Below are positions 19,424-28,584 of a stretch of DNA of 64,000 nt, in pieces; the first letter of the stretch is position 1, and each line of letters opens with the position of its first letter. Below the pieces are notes generated by a model. The model was given only the letters and a program-made list of their open reading frames with translations, ran no database searches and was not told the DNA's origin. The position numbers were made by a program, and so were the translations under genes. This DNA comes from a virus: IMG/VR virus record IMGVR_UViG_3300042564_002819, positions 266,025 through 330,024 of that record; one strand, given 5' to 3'.

Positions 19424-19611
19424 AAGTGTTAATGATTGACCCACCAGAAGGATGGAAATACGGGTTTCCTAAACCAGTACATGAAGAATATTATACACTA
19501 GGCGAAGATTTTGATCTTGGGCGGTGGCTGGTTTCTGAAGGATATCCTGCCAAAGACGTCGAATTGGCACTAAAGTACAGTAGATATTTGGAGATAGACA
19601 ATGAAGGCTGA
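19408..19611 (+). CDS. hypothetical protein
   Basis: 67-aa ORF. Confidence 0.3.
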   Translation: MGAALKVLMIDPPEGWKYGFPKPVHEEYYTLGEDFDLGRWLVSEGYPAKDVELALKYSRYLEIDNEG

Positions 19612-19957
19612 AACACCAGCAGAAGGCATTCTAAAAACTACCGAATGGGGAGACAGCAAGTGGTATCACATTCGTTGTGAATGTGGCAGTGACGATTGCA
19701 GCCACGAACTAAATGTGGAAGCAGACGATGTTGAAGTTCAAGTTCACATCTATGTAAAGAATCGTACCAAGTGGTGGGAGCGGAATCGTTGGAAGCAAAT
19801 TTGGCAAATCCTTACTCGAGGATATGCAGAAATGCAAACAACAATTGTTTTGAAAGAACAAGTTGCCATCAATTATGCCGAGACTCTTAAGAGTGCAGTT
19901 GCAGATGTAAAACAATTCAAAGCCGATTACTGGGCAAAAAAGGAAGCGACAAAATGA
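19601..19957 (+). CDS. hypothetical protein
   Basis: 118-aa ORF. Confidence 0.3.
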   Translation: MKAETPAEGILKTTEWGDSKWYHIRCECGSDDCSHELNVEADDVEVQVHIYVKNRTKWWERNRWKQIWQILTRGYAEMQTTIVLKEQVAINYAETLKSAVADVKQFKADYWAKKEATK

Positions 19958-20163
19958 CCGAAGACGAAATACTTAAAAAAGCTGAAGAAATTAAAGCAGC
20001 TAGAGAAAAAGATAATAGAACTAAAAGTTTTAAAAATGGAACAAAGTTTTATGTTAGATGGGAGTGCAGATTTCAAGAATACGGTTGCTCTTCTGATCAA
20101 GTTGTAGTAAATTATAGTGATATTGAAGAACTTGTTCTTAGAAAATTAAAAGAACAAAATTAA
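19954..20163 (+). CDS. hypothetical protein
   Basis: 69-aa ORF. Confidence 0.3.
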   Translation: MTEDEILKKAEEIKAAREKDNRTKSFKNGTKFYVRWECRFQEYGCSSDQVVVNYSDIEELVLRKLKEQN

Positions 20164-20183
20164 ATTTCACATAGAGAAGAAAA

Positions 20184-20918
20184 ATGAAAATCAAGATCGG
20201 CCCGTATAAGAATTGGTTTGGCCCTTATCAGTTGGCTAAAATGATCATGTTTTGGGTTCCTGACGAAAAAGACGAGTACGGGTTTTCCCATACCGCTGAT
20301 CGTGTTCATAAGTTTGGTGAATGGCTTGCTCATGGTAGTATCCGCCCTGAGCCTGCTGTAGACGAAGTATATGACTTTGGCGACGAACGTCCTGACACTT
20401 GGATCTACCGACTGCTACTGTGGATTGATCGTAAGAAAAAGCGTAAGATCAAAGTTCATATCGATCGCTGGGATACCTGGGGCATGAGTGAGACTTTAGG
20501 CTACATTGTTCGTCCTATGCTTAAACAACTGAATGAAAATAAGCACGGTGCACCTTATGTTGACGACGAAGACGTTCCTGAGCATCTGCGTAGTACTGCG
20601 GCCCCTGAACTTTCGCAAGATAAAAAAGATACTGGTCACACCGATGACAATCATTTCAAGCGGTGGGATTGGGTCATGGACGAAATGATCTTTGCGTTTG
20701 AAAGTCTTGATGGCGGTGCTAATGCGGATTGGGAAGATCAGTTTACCACTGGAAAATATGATTATCGTCTTAAAAAACAAGACAACGGTACTAGTCTAAT
20801 GGTCCACGGTCCTAATCACACTGCTGAAACAGATTGGGAAGGTCGCAAAGCATATGCAGAACGTGTAGCAAATGGTTTCCGGCTGTTTGGTAAGTATTAC
20901 CAATCGCTTTGGGACTAA
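20184..20918 (+). CDS. hypothetical protein
   Basis: 244-aa ORF with RBS. Confidence 0.35.
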   Translation: MKIKIGPYKNWFGPYQLAKMIMFWVPDEKDEYGFSHTADRVHKFGEWLAHGSIRPEPAVDEVYDFGDERPDTWIYRLLLWIDRKKKRKIKVHIDRWDTWGMSETLGYIVRPMLKQLNENKHGAPYVDDEDVPEHLRSTAAPELSQDKKDTGHTDDNHFKRWDWVMDEMIFAFESLDGGANADWEDQFTTGKYDYRLKKQDNGTSLMVHGPNHTAETDWEGRKAYAERVANGFRLFGKYYQSLWD

Positions 20919-20950
20919 AATACACATATAAAAACTTATAGGATTAAAAG

Positions 20951-21652
20951 ATGCAAAACATCGCAGTTAGCTGGGATATAATGTTTAATGAAGATACATC
21001 GAAAAATAAGAAAGAAGAAACAAAACTTATTACGTTTCATCACGATCCGTTAGCCTTTACTATAAAAATGGACAGTGACGGGATGAGTTTAGGAGAGATT
21101 CACACTGCACTTTTGCTTGCTAATACCACCGAAGTTGAACAGTGTTTTATCGATGAAGCAAGTAAAATACGTAGCTTTTTCAACCACTCGATCCTTCTAA
21201 GACGTCTTAAAAATGAATTTATTAGTTCATTTATGGAAATTGTTGAAGCACTTAACAACAATGTATACGTTGTAGATGAATCACACCTAAAAGCATTGGT
21301 AAAATTACCCGACTTTTTTAAAGAGTCAACCGAAACTAACATGCTGTTTGCAGAACACGTATCTTTAAGTATTAACCAACCATCTGGCGATTTGTCTGAT
21401 ACATGGAATTTTGTTAAGAAAATAAAAAGATCAAGCAAACACGAAAATCAATATCGTTATTATTTTACCAATGACAAAAAGCAGTTGCTTAGTTTTTTTG
21501 TAAATGTTTCGGACAGATCTTTTCCTGTATGGAATTATATTGCAAGCAGCGGGCCTGTTGGTATAAAAGGATATGCCTATCCTAATAAACAACCAGGGCA
21601 CGACTTTATTTTTTACAAGATGAGTAACTATGAATTTTATCCCGTCCGTTGA
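20951..21652 (+). CDS. hypothetical protein
   Basis: 233-aa ORF. Confidence 0.35.
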   Translation: MQNIAVSWDIMFNEDTSKNKKEETKLITFHHDPLAFTIKMDSDGMSLGEIHTALLLANTTEVEQCFIDEASKIRSFFNHSILLRRLKNEFISSFMEIVEALNNNVYVVDESHLKALVKLPDFFKESTETNMLFAEHVSLSINQPSGDLSDTWNFVKKIKRSSKHENQYRYYFTNDKKQLLSFFVNVSDRSFPVWNYIASSGPVGIKGYAYPNKQPGHDFIFYKMSNYEFYPVR

Positions 21653-21872
21653 ACAACTTATAAGTTTAGCAAAAGAAGCAGAAATAACAGATCCGTTGAA
21701 CTGGGACTTGATCAAGGTTGACAAAGAAACAGTTTATAGTATTATGGCTTCAAATGTGCTAGAACAGTTTGCATCTTTAAAAGATGAAGAAAAATTAGTT
21801 ATAGCAATGGGAACTGTAACCAAGCTTTTGGTTGAAAATTTTTACTTACATATGAAAGAAAAACTAAAATGA
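21630..21872 (+). CDS. hypothetical protein
   Basis: 80-aa ORF. Confidence 0.3.
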   Translation: MNFIPSVEQLISLAKEAEITDPLNWDLIKVDKETVYSIMASNVLEQFASLKDEEKLVIAMGTVTKLLVENFYLHMKEKLK

Positions 21873-22276
21873 AAGTAGGATCTAGCCTTAGCCGGTGTGT
21901 GCGAGACATTTATGAAGGCACAGTTGACATTTATGATGTGCTAGTGATTGTTGCCCGTACAGATTTCGATCCCGAAGATGATCGTCATTGGAAATCGATC
22001 TGGAAAGGTTACGCTGGAGGCAACAGCACGGGCAGTCTGTATAGCCAGCCAGAATGGAGTGTTATTCCTGCAGAAGACGAATCTAAGGTTAGAGACATCT
22101 GTGTTCAACTTAAGAAGCTAGGCAAGTTGCATCAGCCTCGACAGTACGGTGCTCATCCTACAAGATTGAATCACTATTGGTATGATGTTATACTTACAGA
22201 TGACGTTGTAAATACAAATCCCGCAGCTAAGAAAGCATGGGATAATTATAAGACGATTGCTGGCCTTTCTAAATAA
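21869..22276 (+). CDS. hypothetical protein
   Basis: 135-aa ORF. Confidence 0.3.
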   Translation: MKVGSSLSRCVRDIYEGTVDIYDVLVIVARTDFDPEDDRHWKSIWKGYAGGNSTGSLYSQPEWSVIPAEDESKVRDICVQLKKLGKLHQPRQYGAHPTRLNHYWYDVILTDDVVNTNPAAKKAWDNYKTIAGLSK

Positions 22277-22304
22277 TTTTTTCAAAAAAGATAAATAAAA
22301 CTAG

Positions 22305-22333
22305 TTGACAGATAAATAAAGTTGTAGTAAGTT
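22305..22333 (+). promoter_or_regulatory. sigma70-like promoter preceding tRNA cluster 1
   Basis: TTGACA-N17-TAAGTT. Confidence 0.35.
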
Positions 22334-22493
22334 ACTACTATAAGTTTAAAACAACATAAGAAAGACACATTGTAATGAAACTCGCATATGAACATAAGTT
22401 TATGATTAGAAGCATTGAAAAATGCCGCGAGTATCGCTATGGCGTCTCGGAGGGTTCAGCTGTATGATGTGATTAACACACATATAGATTTAC

Positions 22494-22526
22494 AAACCCT
22501 CCAGTAGCAATACTAGGAGGGTTTTT
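22494..22526 (+). terminator. rho-independent terminator
   Basis: AAACCCTCC-N15-GGAGGGTTTTT. Confidence 0.55.
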
Positions 22527-22727
22527 CATTATGTGCATATAGGAAACGAGGTCCTACTCAAAGCACTTTAAAAAACAGAGAAACGGGCGGGCTAGTGGAT
22601 GAAATGACCGGAGATAACGGCAGAGTAAAATACTAGCAGGTAATAGTAAAGCACACTCGTTCTGCCGGGCTGCGAACCCGGAATTGGACTGCATAGCGGA
22701 GAGTGTGTTTCACTATTACAAATAATT

Positions 22728-22814
22728 GGTCGGTGGCCCGGATGGTAAGGGGATGGACTGCAACTCCATAGCACTGCACGACAGTAATCAGTTCGATTCT
22801 GATACCGACCTCCA
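22728..22814 (+). tRNA. tRNA-like, class II-type (long variable arm), apparent anticodon GCA
   Basis: perfect acceptor GGTCGGT/ACCGACC, T arm ATCAG-TTCGATT-CTGAT, anticodon stem ATGGA/TCCAT with loop CTGCAAC, 17-nt variable arm; unusual for Cys. Confidence 0.4.
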
Positions 22815-22818
22815 CAAT

Positions 22819-22895
22819 TGGTGCCGTAACTCAGTTGGTCAGAGTGCATCGCTCATAACGATGAAGTCGGTGGTTCAAATCCACCCGGCACCACC
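22819..22895 (+). tRNA. tRNA with CAT anticodon (Met or Ile2/lysidine type)
   Basis: GGTGCCG..CGGCACC acceptor, anticodon loop CTCATAA, TTCAAAT T loop, CCA encoded. Confidence 0.8.
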
Positions 22896-22900
22896 AAAAT

Positions 22901-22977
22901 TGGGACATTGGACTTCTTGGCGAAGGTCGCCGCCCTTTCAAGGCGGAGAAACGGGTTCGAAACCCGTATGTCCTACC
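22901..22977 (+). tRNA. tRNA-Glu(TTC)
   Basis: cloverleaf by eye; anticodon stem CCGCC/GGCGG, loop CTTTCAA. Confidence 0.7.
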
Positions 22978-23093
22978 AAAATAGATCAAGCCTAGTCGAT
23001 CTCGAAAATCACTAGGCCCGCTCCTGAGGATCAAGCCATCGGAAGGTTCGAGACTTCCTTTGCAGGGTCGTCACCTGCCAGGAGTAACATACA

Positions 23094-23178
23094 TGGGAGA
23101 GACGCCTCAAGGTGAGGCAGTGGATTGTAAATCCATCGCGGCAACGCACGGACGGGTTCGATTCCCTCCTCTCCCACC
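23094..23178 (+). tRNA. tRNA-Tyr(GTA)
   Basis: GGGAGAG..CTCTCCC acceptor; loop TTGTAAA; long variable arm as in bacterial Tyr. Confidence 0.75.
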
Positions 23179-23184
23179 AAAATT

Positions 23185-23260
23185 AGGGTCTCTGGTATAG
23201 CTGGTGCGTACGGCTGCCTGAAGAGCAGTAGGACACGGTTCGATTCCGTGGGGACCCGCC
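23185..23260 (+). tRNA. tRNA-Phe(GAA)
   Basis: anticodon loop CTGAAGA, T arm CACGG-TTCGATT-CCGTG. Confidence 0.7.
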
Positions 23261-23469
23261 AAGAATTATACTACCATAAACACGAAAGAAAATAAAATGA
23301 AACTTGATCCGGAAGAAAGAATCTTCTTGACTGAAGAAGAATTGAAGCGTATACATGATGCTTGTGCTAATCCACCGGAACCAACAGACTATGTAAGACG
23401 CTATATTAACGCATATAGGAGAAAAAATGAAACGAAAACGTAACGCAGAAGATTATGACAAACGCAACA

Positions 23470-23545
23470 TGGACCGGTAGCTGAGGTGGTTTTAGCACCC
23501 GACTTTTAATCGGAGTACGTGGGTTCGAGTCCCACCCGGTCCACC
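23470..23545 (+). tRNA. tRNA-Lys(TTT)
   Basis: perfect acceptor GGACCGG/CCGGTCC; loop CTTTTAA. Confidence 0.8.
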
Positions 23546-23665
23546 ATAGTTTTGATGATACACTGACGCCGCGTGGTTACGGCTATACAACTAGGCTTAT
23601 CGCAACCTAATAACCATAGAGGGTTGAGTCGAGGTTGAGCAGTGTATCTTTTAAACTATGAATAT

Positions 23666-23741
23666 TGTTCCATAGCACAACTGGTTAGTGCAGGCGACTG
23701 ATAATCGTCAGATCTGAGTTCGAGTCTCGGTGGAACAACCA
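23666..23741 (+). tRNA. tRNA-Ile(GAT)
   Basis: acceptor TGTTCCA/TGGAACA; loop CTGATAA. Confidence 0.75.
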
Positions 23742-23953
23742 AAATTAGTAGGAAGACAGCCAGTGGAAGAACAGGAATATTACGCACCGTGGGAATGGCA
23801 GCCGATCGAATTCATGCCTAACGGATGTAATGATGTTGTTGTAAGAGACCGTGAAGGCAACACTCGAGAATTGTGTTCATGCGATTACTGGTGGTTGTCA
23901 GCAGAAGATAAAAAGATTTACACATCTTTTAGATTTGTGTAATTTTAACATAA

Positions 23954-24029
23954 TGCCGTGCTTGGTGTAAGGGTAGCATACCGCACTGTGACTGCGTTGG
24001 AATAGGTTCAAATCCTATACACGGTACCA
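23954..24029 (+). tRNA. tRNA-His(GTG)
   Basis: anticodon arm CCTGCC-like CCGCA-CTGTGAC-TGCGT; TTCAAAT T loop; acceptor register and G-1 uncertain. Confidence 0.6.
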
Positions 24030-24041
24030 ATACAAATTTAA

Positions 24042-24635
24042 TTATTGTACTTTTTTACTTAATACTCTGTATATGTCGTTATAGTTATTTTTATATTTCG
24101 ACTCATTGACAATTTCGTAGTTATATAATTGGTTTAATACCTTTAAACCATGTATTCCATCTTTAGTATCTAATTGATTGCATGTACCTATTACATGATC
24201 TGACAATGACAAACTATAATCAAATAGTTCTTCCCAAGTATTATTATATGGATACAGTTCTATAATTACCATTTGATGTTTTTTAGTGTAATTAAAAAAA
24301 TCACATTTCATAGCTGTGATGTTTGGGTAGTTGTGCATTGTGTTAAACAGTGCTAGGGTGTTTTGTTTTTTTAAAAACTTATCCGCACAAGTCATCTTAT
24401 GAAGATCACGCAACTCTTCGTATGTTTCAATATAGTGAAACGTATCTATTGCAGTAACATGTGTCTTTGGAAATGAACGACAAATTGCCGCAGCAACTCT
24501 GCCGCCAAATGTGCCAGCACACAAAACGTCACGTATATCATTGTTTGATATATGATCGCAAATATTAACTATTTCCTCGTATCCAGTCCAATTTGGAAAG
24601 TCCATTAGTATATTATATTTGCTTTTATATGACAT
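24042..24635 (-). CDS. putative SAM-dependent methyltransferase
   Basis: glycine-rich motif I LCAGTFGGRVAAA followed by an acidic residue; AAGGAA RBS. Confidence 0.4.
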   Translation of the reverse strand: MSYKSKYNILMDFPNWTGYEEIVNICDHISNNDIRDVLCAGTFGGRVAAAICRSFPKTHVTAIDTFHYIETYEELRDLHKMTCADKFLKKQNTLALFNTMHNYPNITAMKCDFFNYTKKHQMVIIELYPYNNTWEELFDYSLSLSDHVIGTCNQLDTKDGIHGLKVLNQLYNYEIVNESKYKNNYNDIYRVLSKKVQ

Positions 24636-24691
24636 GTGATATTCCTTGTATAACTAAAACGTATTTATAAAACTTAAAATAAGAGAGATAA

Positions 24692-25123
24692 ATGATGAGC
24701 AAATATGACACATATAACAGATTAACCGAACCTGTAAAATCATTTGATGAACTACGCGGCCGTGCGTTAACTCGTGTTGAAAAAATCGGAAACGACGAAT
24801 TGCGTTTCTACTTAACAGATGAACATTATGTTCGTATGCATCACAATCAAGATTGTTGCGAATCAGTAACAATCGAGGATATTGTTGGTGATTTAGACGA
24901 TTTAGTCGGAACTCCGTTGCTGGTTGTCGAAGAACGTGTTTCTCGTAACGATGGCGGTACAGATGAACTGTATTGTGATTCATACACTTGGACATACTAC
25001 AGTTTTCGCACTATCAAAGGTAGTGTAGATATTCGTTGGTATGGAAGTAGCAATGGATACTATTCAGAAGGTGTTGACATTGACATTGTAACACCCGATG
25101 CAGAAAATCAAGTAGAAATCTAA
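24692..25123 (+). CDS. hypothetical acidic protein
   Basis: 143-aa ORF with AAGAGAG RBS. Confidence 0.4.
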   Translation: MMSKYDTYNRLTEPVKSFDELRGRALTRVEKIGNDELRFYLTDEHYVRMHHNQDCCESVTIEDIVGDLDDLVGTPLLVVEERVSRNDGGTDELYCDSYTWTYYSFRTIKGSVDIRWYGSSNGYYSEGVDIDIVTPDAENQVEI

Positions 25124-25192
25124 GGCCAAAGGCTTAGATCACATCAAGTTAAACTGTATTATTTCTATATACTGTCATTTTATAAATATTTT

Positions 25193-25705
25193 ATGAGGGT
25201 ATTACTAATAATAACGCTATTATTATCTCTTTCTGCTTGTGCTGATTTTAAGAAAATTCTTCGACCCGAACCTACACCAGAACCGATAAAAACAGCAATA
25301 GAAAAAGTAGGTTGGAACGAGCATCAAGACCGCAGAGAAATAAGAGAATTTACTGGTGTAGATCCAGTAAGTACACAATGGTGTGCTGCGTTTGTAAACG
25401 CAGTTCTTGAAGAAAATGGGTTACCTGGATCGGAGTTCTATAACGAAAATCCACTGTTAGCAAGAAGTTTTCTGTCCTGGGGTGTAGAGGTAGAAGAGCC
25501 CGAATACGGCGATATTGTAGTATTTGCTCGAGGCAATGAAGCTTGGAAGGGTCATGTTGGGTTTTATGTAACTTCGACATATTTAGAAGGTCAAAAACAC
25601 TACTTAGTTCTTGGCGGAAATCAAAACAACAGTGTCACATACAAAGCATATCCTACTCGTAGACTGCTTTCTGTAAGACGACTTACAACAGAAGATACTG
25701 AATAA
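25193..25705 (+). CDS. lipoprotein, CHAP/NlpC-P60-like (TIGR02594-type) putative peptidoglycan hydrolase
   Basis: lipobox LSAC; conserved Cys (TQWCAAFVNAV) and His (WKGHVGFYV) spaced as in Cys-His amidases. Confidence 0.5.
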   Translation: MRVLLIITLLLSLSACADFKKILRPEPTPEPIKTAIEKVGWNEHQDRREIREFTGVDPVSTQWCAAFVNAVLEENGLPGSEFYNENPLLARSFLSWGVEVEEPEYGDIVVFARGNEAWKGHVGFYVTSTYLEGQKHYLVLGGNQNNSVTYKAYPTRRLLSVRRLTTEDTE

Positions 25706-25718
25706 AATTTAGTTTAAT

Positions 25719-25795
25719 GCTCTCGTAGCTCAATGGATTAGAGCGTCGGTCTACGAAACCGAAGGTTAGAGGTTCGAGTCCTCTCGAGAGTGCCA
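25719..25795 (+). tRNA. tRNA-Arg(ACG)
   Basis: anticodon stem TCGGT/ACCGA, loop CTACGAA. Confidence 0.75.
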
Positions 25796-25804
25796 AAATA
25801 CTAG

Positions 25805-25833
25805 TTGACACTGGCATAGACAAGTGTTATTGT
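25805..25833 (+). promoter_or_regulatory. sigma70-like promoter
   Basis: TTGACA-N17-TATTGT. Confidence 0.45.
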
Positions 25834-25858
25834 GAGTGCAACAAGAAAGGAAATACAC

Positions 25859-26155
25859 ATGAATAAAATTCTAATTTCTGCACTTTTTGCCTTTGTTTCT
25901 ACTGCTGCTACTGCAAAAACAGTTTATTACCCCGAAGCTGCATGTAACGAAATTCTCAGCAGCGAATACAGCACTGGTGGGGGTGATTCCAGCTGGGAGA
26001 TGTACGAAATTCTTTGCCGTGACGCTAATGGAAAATACACTACCTTTGTTACCAGCTGGATGAGTGTTGCAGGGTTCTTTGGTATGGGTCGAGTTGCATA
26101 CGAAGAAACGATTGACCTTGTACCCTACAACGGTACTACATTGAAGGCTGAATAA
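25859..26155 (+). CDS. secreted small protein
   Basis: signal peptide MNKILISALFAFVSTAATA; AAGAAAGGAAA RBS. Confidence 0.4.
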   Translation: MNKILISALFAFVSTAATAKTVYYPEAACNEILSSEYSTGGGDSSWEMYEILCRDANGKYTTFVTSWMSVAGFFGMGRVAYEETIDLVPYNGTTLKAE

Positions 26156-26156
26156 A

Positions 26157-26600
26157 ATGAAAATCGAATATCGTAAAGGCAACATGTTTGAAACTGACAT
26201 CCTGCATATTGCACATGGCTGCAATGCACAAGGTGTTATGGGATCTGGCGTTGCTAAGATTGTAAAAGAAGATTACTTTGATGCATATCGTTTCTACGCA
26301 GAACAGTACGACGAGCATGGACTTAAATTAGGAGATGTGCAGTTTGTTCCTGCAAACGGCAAAGTAATCATCAATGCTGTTACGCAGAATCTGTACGGCA
26401 AAGACGGTCGTCGTTTTGTTAATTACGAAGCAGTTGCAGAGTGCATGAGAACTATTAATAGTGTACTTAAGCAAAGTGGCGAAACTCATGTTGCTATGCC
26501 GCAAATTGGTGCCGGCCTTGGTGGCGGCGATTGGCGTGTGATTGAAGCAATCATTGAAAGCGAAATGACAGACATTCAACCTGTGGTGTATGTACTGTGA
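26157..26600 (+). CDS. macro domain (ADP-ribose binding/hydrolase) protein
   Basis: GNMFETDILHIAHGCNAQGVMGSGVA and MPQIGAGLGGGDW match Macro-domain glycine-rich loops. Confidence 0.75.
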   Translation: MKIEYRKGNMFETDILHIAHGCNAQGVMGSGVAKIVKEDYFDAYRFYAEQYDEHGLKLGDVQFVPANGKVIINAVTQNLYGKDGRRFVNYEAVAECMRTINSVLKQSGETHVAMPQIGAGLGGGDWRVIEAIIESEMTDIQPVVYVL

Positions 26601-26773
26601 CAACACCCTTAGCAGATCAGAAGATATTCTCACTCAATGATCTCATTGAAATGGGTCTTATTACACGTAAACAGTTAGAAGATCACATCCGATACATGGA
26701 AGCAAAACAGTTAGTAAAAGAACTGTTTCCAGGAATGTTTTAAAAATAAAGAATAGGTAGCCGCGACTACCTT

Positions 26774-26905
26774 GGCTAGGAGACTATTTGCATTGTGCAT
26801 CGTGGGGCCTTTGTGTAGTAGACTGTTTCGTCTAACGGAGAGGACGCCGGTGGAGATCCGGAGATACAGGTTCGAGTCCTGTAGCAGTTTTGCTCCTAGC
26901 CAAAA
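26774..26905 (+). ncRNA. tRNA-like element with 9-bp terminal stem and canonical T arm (about 130 nt)
   Basis: GGCTAGGAG...CTCCTAGCC closing stem; ACAGG-TTCGAGT-CCTGT T arm; extra hairpin AGCA-GTTT-TGCT; too long for a tRNA. Confidence 0.3.
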
Positions 26906-26912
26906 TAATTTA

Positions 26913-26988
26913 GCCTTCGTAGCTCAACTGGAAGAGCAAGGGATTTCTACTCCCTAGGTTGTGGGTTCGACTCCTGCCGGGGGCACCA
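26913..26988 (+). tRNA. tRNA-Arg(TCT)
   Basis: anticodon stem AGGGA/TCCCT, loop TTTCTAC; acceptor GCCTTCG/CGGGGGC with two G-U pairs. Confidence 0.7.
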
Positions 26989-26997
26989 AAAAAGCTG

Positions 26998-27026
26998 TTG
27001 ACACAGACTTGGCACTATGCTACAAC
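26998..27026 (+). promoter_or_regulatory. island promoter unit 1
   Basis: GTTGACA ... TATGCT/TACAAC, GAGGAA RBS. Confidence 0.45.
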
Positions 27027-27058
27027 AAGTTATTGAATAACACATGAGGAACACTGAG

Positions 27059-27448
27059 ATGAAGACTGCTTACAAGAACCGTGACGGCGAATGGGTTGTG
27101 GCCGAGCAGATCAAGATGAGCCGGTATGACCTTGAAGGTTCGGTAGATTCGATTAAGGCTGCACTGGACGAGGTTCGCGACCGTGCTACCGCAATGGGTA
27201 TGGTGGGTGAAGGCACTGTTGACATCAGCCTGAACCGCGGCTTCTACTCGGACGACTACGAAATAGAAGTGGAATACTCCTTCACTCGGTATGAATACCC
27301 TGTGGAGATGGAGCGGCGTTTGGAGCGTGAGGCCAAGGATAAGGCTGCGGCTGCTGCCAAGCGTAAGGAAGCCGCCCAGAAGCGGAAACTCAAGAACGAT
27401 CCTGAGTATGTGGAGTTTGAACGGCTCCGGGCCAAGTTTGGTGGTTGA
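27059..27448 (+). CDS. hypothetical protein (GC-rich island gene 1)
   Basis: about 50% GC versus about 38% background; own promoter and RBS; Lys/Ala/Glu-rich C-terminus. Confidence 0.5.
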   Translation: MKTAYKNRDGEWVVAEQIKMSRYDLEGSVDSIKAALDEVRDRATAMGMVGEGTVDISLNRGFYSDDYEIEVEYSFTRYEYPVEMERRLEREAKDKAAAAAKRKEAAQKRKLKNDPEYVEFERLRAKFGG

Positions 27449-27504
27449 CAACACTCTCCTGCTGTGCTATAACAACAGCATAGGGCAACACGAGGAGAAA
27501 TCAA
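27445..27504 (+). promoter_or_regulatory. island promoter unit 2 with conserved leader
   Basis: GTTGACA-N17-TATAAC then CATAGGGCAACACGAGGAG leader. Confidence 0.55.
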
Positions 27505-27852
27505 ATGCCTTGTAGAGTCAACGACGAAGACTGGAAACCGCGTAAAGAAACCCGCCACGGGATGGATATCGAATCTTTCGAAGCTACACTTTGCGGCGTC
27601 TTCACTGCTGCAGAGGAAGGCGCCTTTGCGCCTACGGTTGTTGGCGGAGTTGATGGCTTGCTGGATGTGATCGACTGGAAAGAAGCCGGAGTGAAACGCA
27701 AGACCGTTGAAGCATGGTGGAAGCGGCATAAGGCAGAAGATGCTGCCCGCCTTGCTCGCGAATCTGCTGAACGGCGTAAGGCTGAACTCAAGCGGATTGC
27801 GATCGGCAAACTCACTGCAGAAGAACTGGAAGTGTTGGGGATCAAACTCTAA
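27505..27852 (+). CDS. hypothetical protein (island gene 2)
   Basis: 115-aa ORF, GC-rich, own promoter and SD. Confidence 0.5.
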   Translation: MPCRVNDEDWKPRKETRHGMDIESFEATLCGVFTAAEEGAFAPTVVGGVDGLLDVIDWKEAGVKRKTVEAWWKRHKAEDAARLARESAERRKAELKRIAIGKLTAEELEVLGIKL

Positions 27853-27862
27853 CACTTTCTGG

Positions 27863-27923
27863 TTGACATCCTACCTACACCGTGCTATGTATATTGTATA
27901 GGGCAACAAGAGGACAACCACAG
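27863..27923 (+). promoter_or_regulatory. island promoter unit 3 with conserved leader
   Basis: GTTGACA-N17-TATGTA then TATAGGGCAACAAGAGGA leader. Confidence 0.55.
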
Positions 27924-28175
27924 ATGCCGAATCCTGCTACTGCTCCCCGTGACGAATTGAACGAGTTTACTCGCTCTGTATGGCTGCTTGGTAACAGCAA
28001 CTGGGGTAATCACGGTGTACGTCTTCGGAACGGGTTGATTGTCAAACCGATCTACAAGCCCGCAGAAGACGAGACCAGTGAAGATGCATTCTTCACCGAA
28101 GACTATGAATACTGCTGGAACCTGGACGGCACTTCGGTAACCCGCAGGGACTTTGATATGATGGAGATCGTGTGA
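27924..28175 (+). CDS. hypothetical protein (island gene 3)
   Basis: 83-aa ORF from the ATG 8 nt after the GAGGA box. Confidence 0.45.
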   Translation: MPNPATAPRDELNEFTRSVWLLGNSNWGNHGVRLRNGLIVKPIYKPAEDETSEDAFFTEDYEYCWNLDGTSVTRRDFDMMEIV

Positions 28176-28176
28176 T

Positions 28177-28584
28177 ATGATCAGAGACCTATTCGTTCCT
28201 GTGGCTGAACTGCTGTTCTGGTTCACCGGCGGAGAACTACTGCTGAATACCTGGTGGTTCTTTGTGTGGGTTGTTGGTGGTGCGTTCCTTGTAACCTTGC
28301 CGCTGTGGTTAGGTATGCGTCTGGCCAGACGTGGTAGTAACCTCAAGTGGATACCTGGCACACTCTTCCTAGTCGGCTTCTTCCCTGCCTTACTGCTGAT
28401 CACCAGCCCAGGCATCATCCAAGCCGACTTGATGGAAGAATGCCTACCCGTCCAGACCGTAACAGTGGATACCGCACAGGTCAAAGGTATTGAAGTTCGA
28501 GTTCGCCAGTGTCGCTTCAAGGCCAACTACTATGACAAAAATTATGGTGAATGGCAAGCCTGGGCGGTTGACCGGCACCAATAA
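28177..28584 (+). CDS. membrane protein (island gene 4), about 4 TM segments
   Basis: translationally coupled to gene 3; hydrophobic N-terminal half. Confidence 0.45.
   Translation: MIRDLFVPVAELLFWFTGGELLLNTWWFFVWVVGGAFLVTLPLWLGMRLARRGSNLKWIPGTLFLVGFFPALLLITSPGIIQADLMEECLPVQTVTVDTAQVKGIEVRVRQCRFKANYYDKNYGEWQAWAVDRHQ

Noticed and set aside
22592-23034. ORFs 22592..22849(-), 22633..22815(-), 22726..22995(+), 22831..23034(-)
   Set aside because: They overlap three to four well-formed tRNA genes. tRNA-dense DNA is stop-poor and gives spurious frames.
23013-23093. Additional tRNA-like fold before tRNA-Tyr (CTCCTG...GGAAG-GTTCGAGA-CTTCC...CAGGAG)
   Set aside because: It has only a T-arm-like hairpin inside a closing helix. 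There is no acceptor/CCA or anticodon arm, so it is likely a processing hairpin or remnant.
24654-24995. 113-aa minus-strand ORF
   Set aside because: It overlaps the better-supported plus-strand ORF 24692..25123 (which has an RBS and acidic-protein composition) and has no start context.
27256-28526. Long minus-strand ORFs (199 and 213 aa) spanning the GC-rich island
   Set aside because: They are the expected artefact of high GC (few stop codons). They lack start context, whereas every plus-strand ORF here has its own promoter, SD and ATG at the right spacing.
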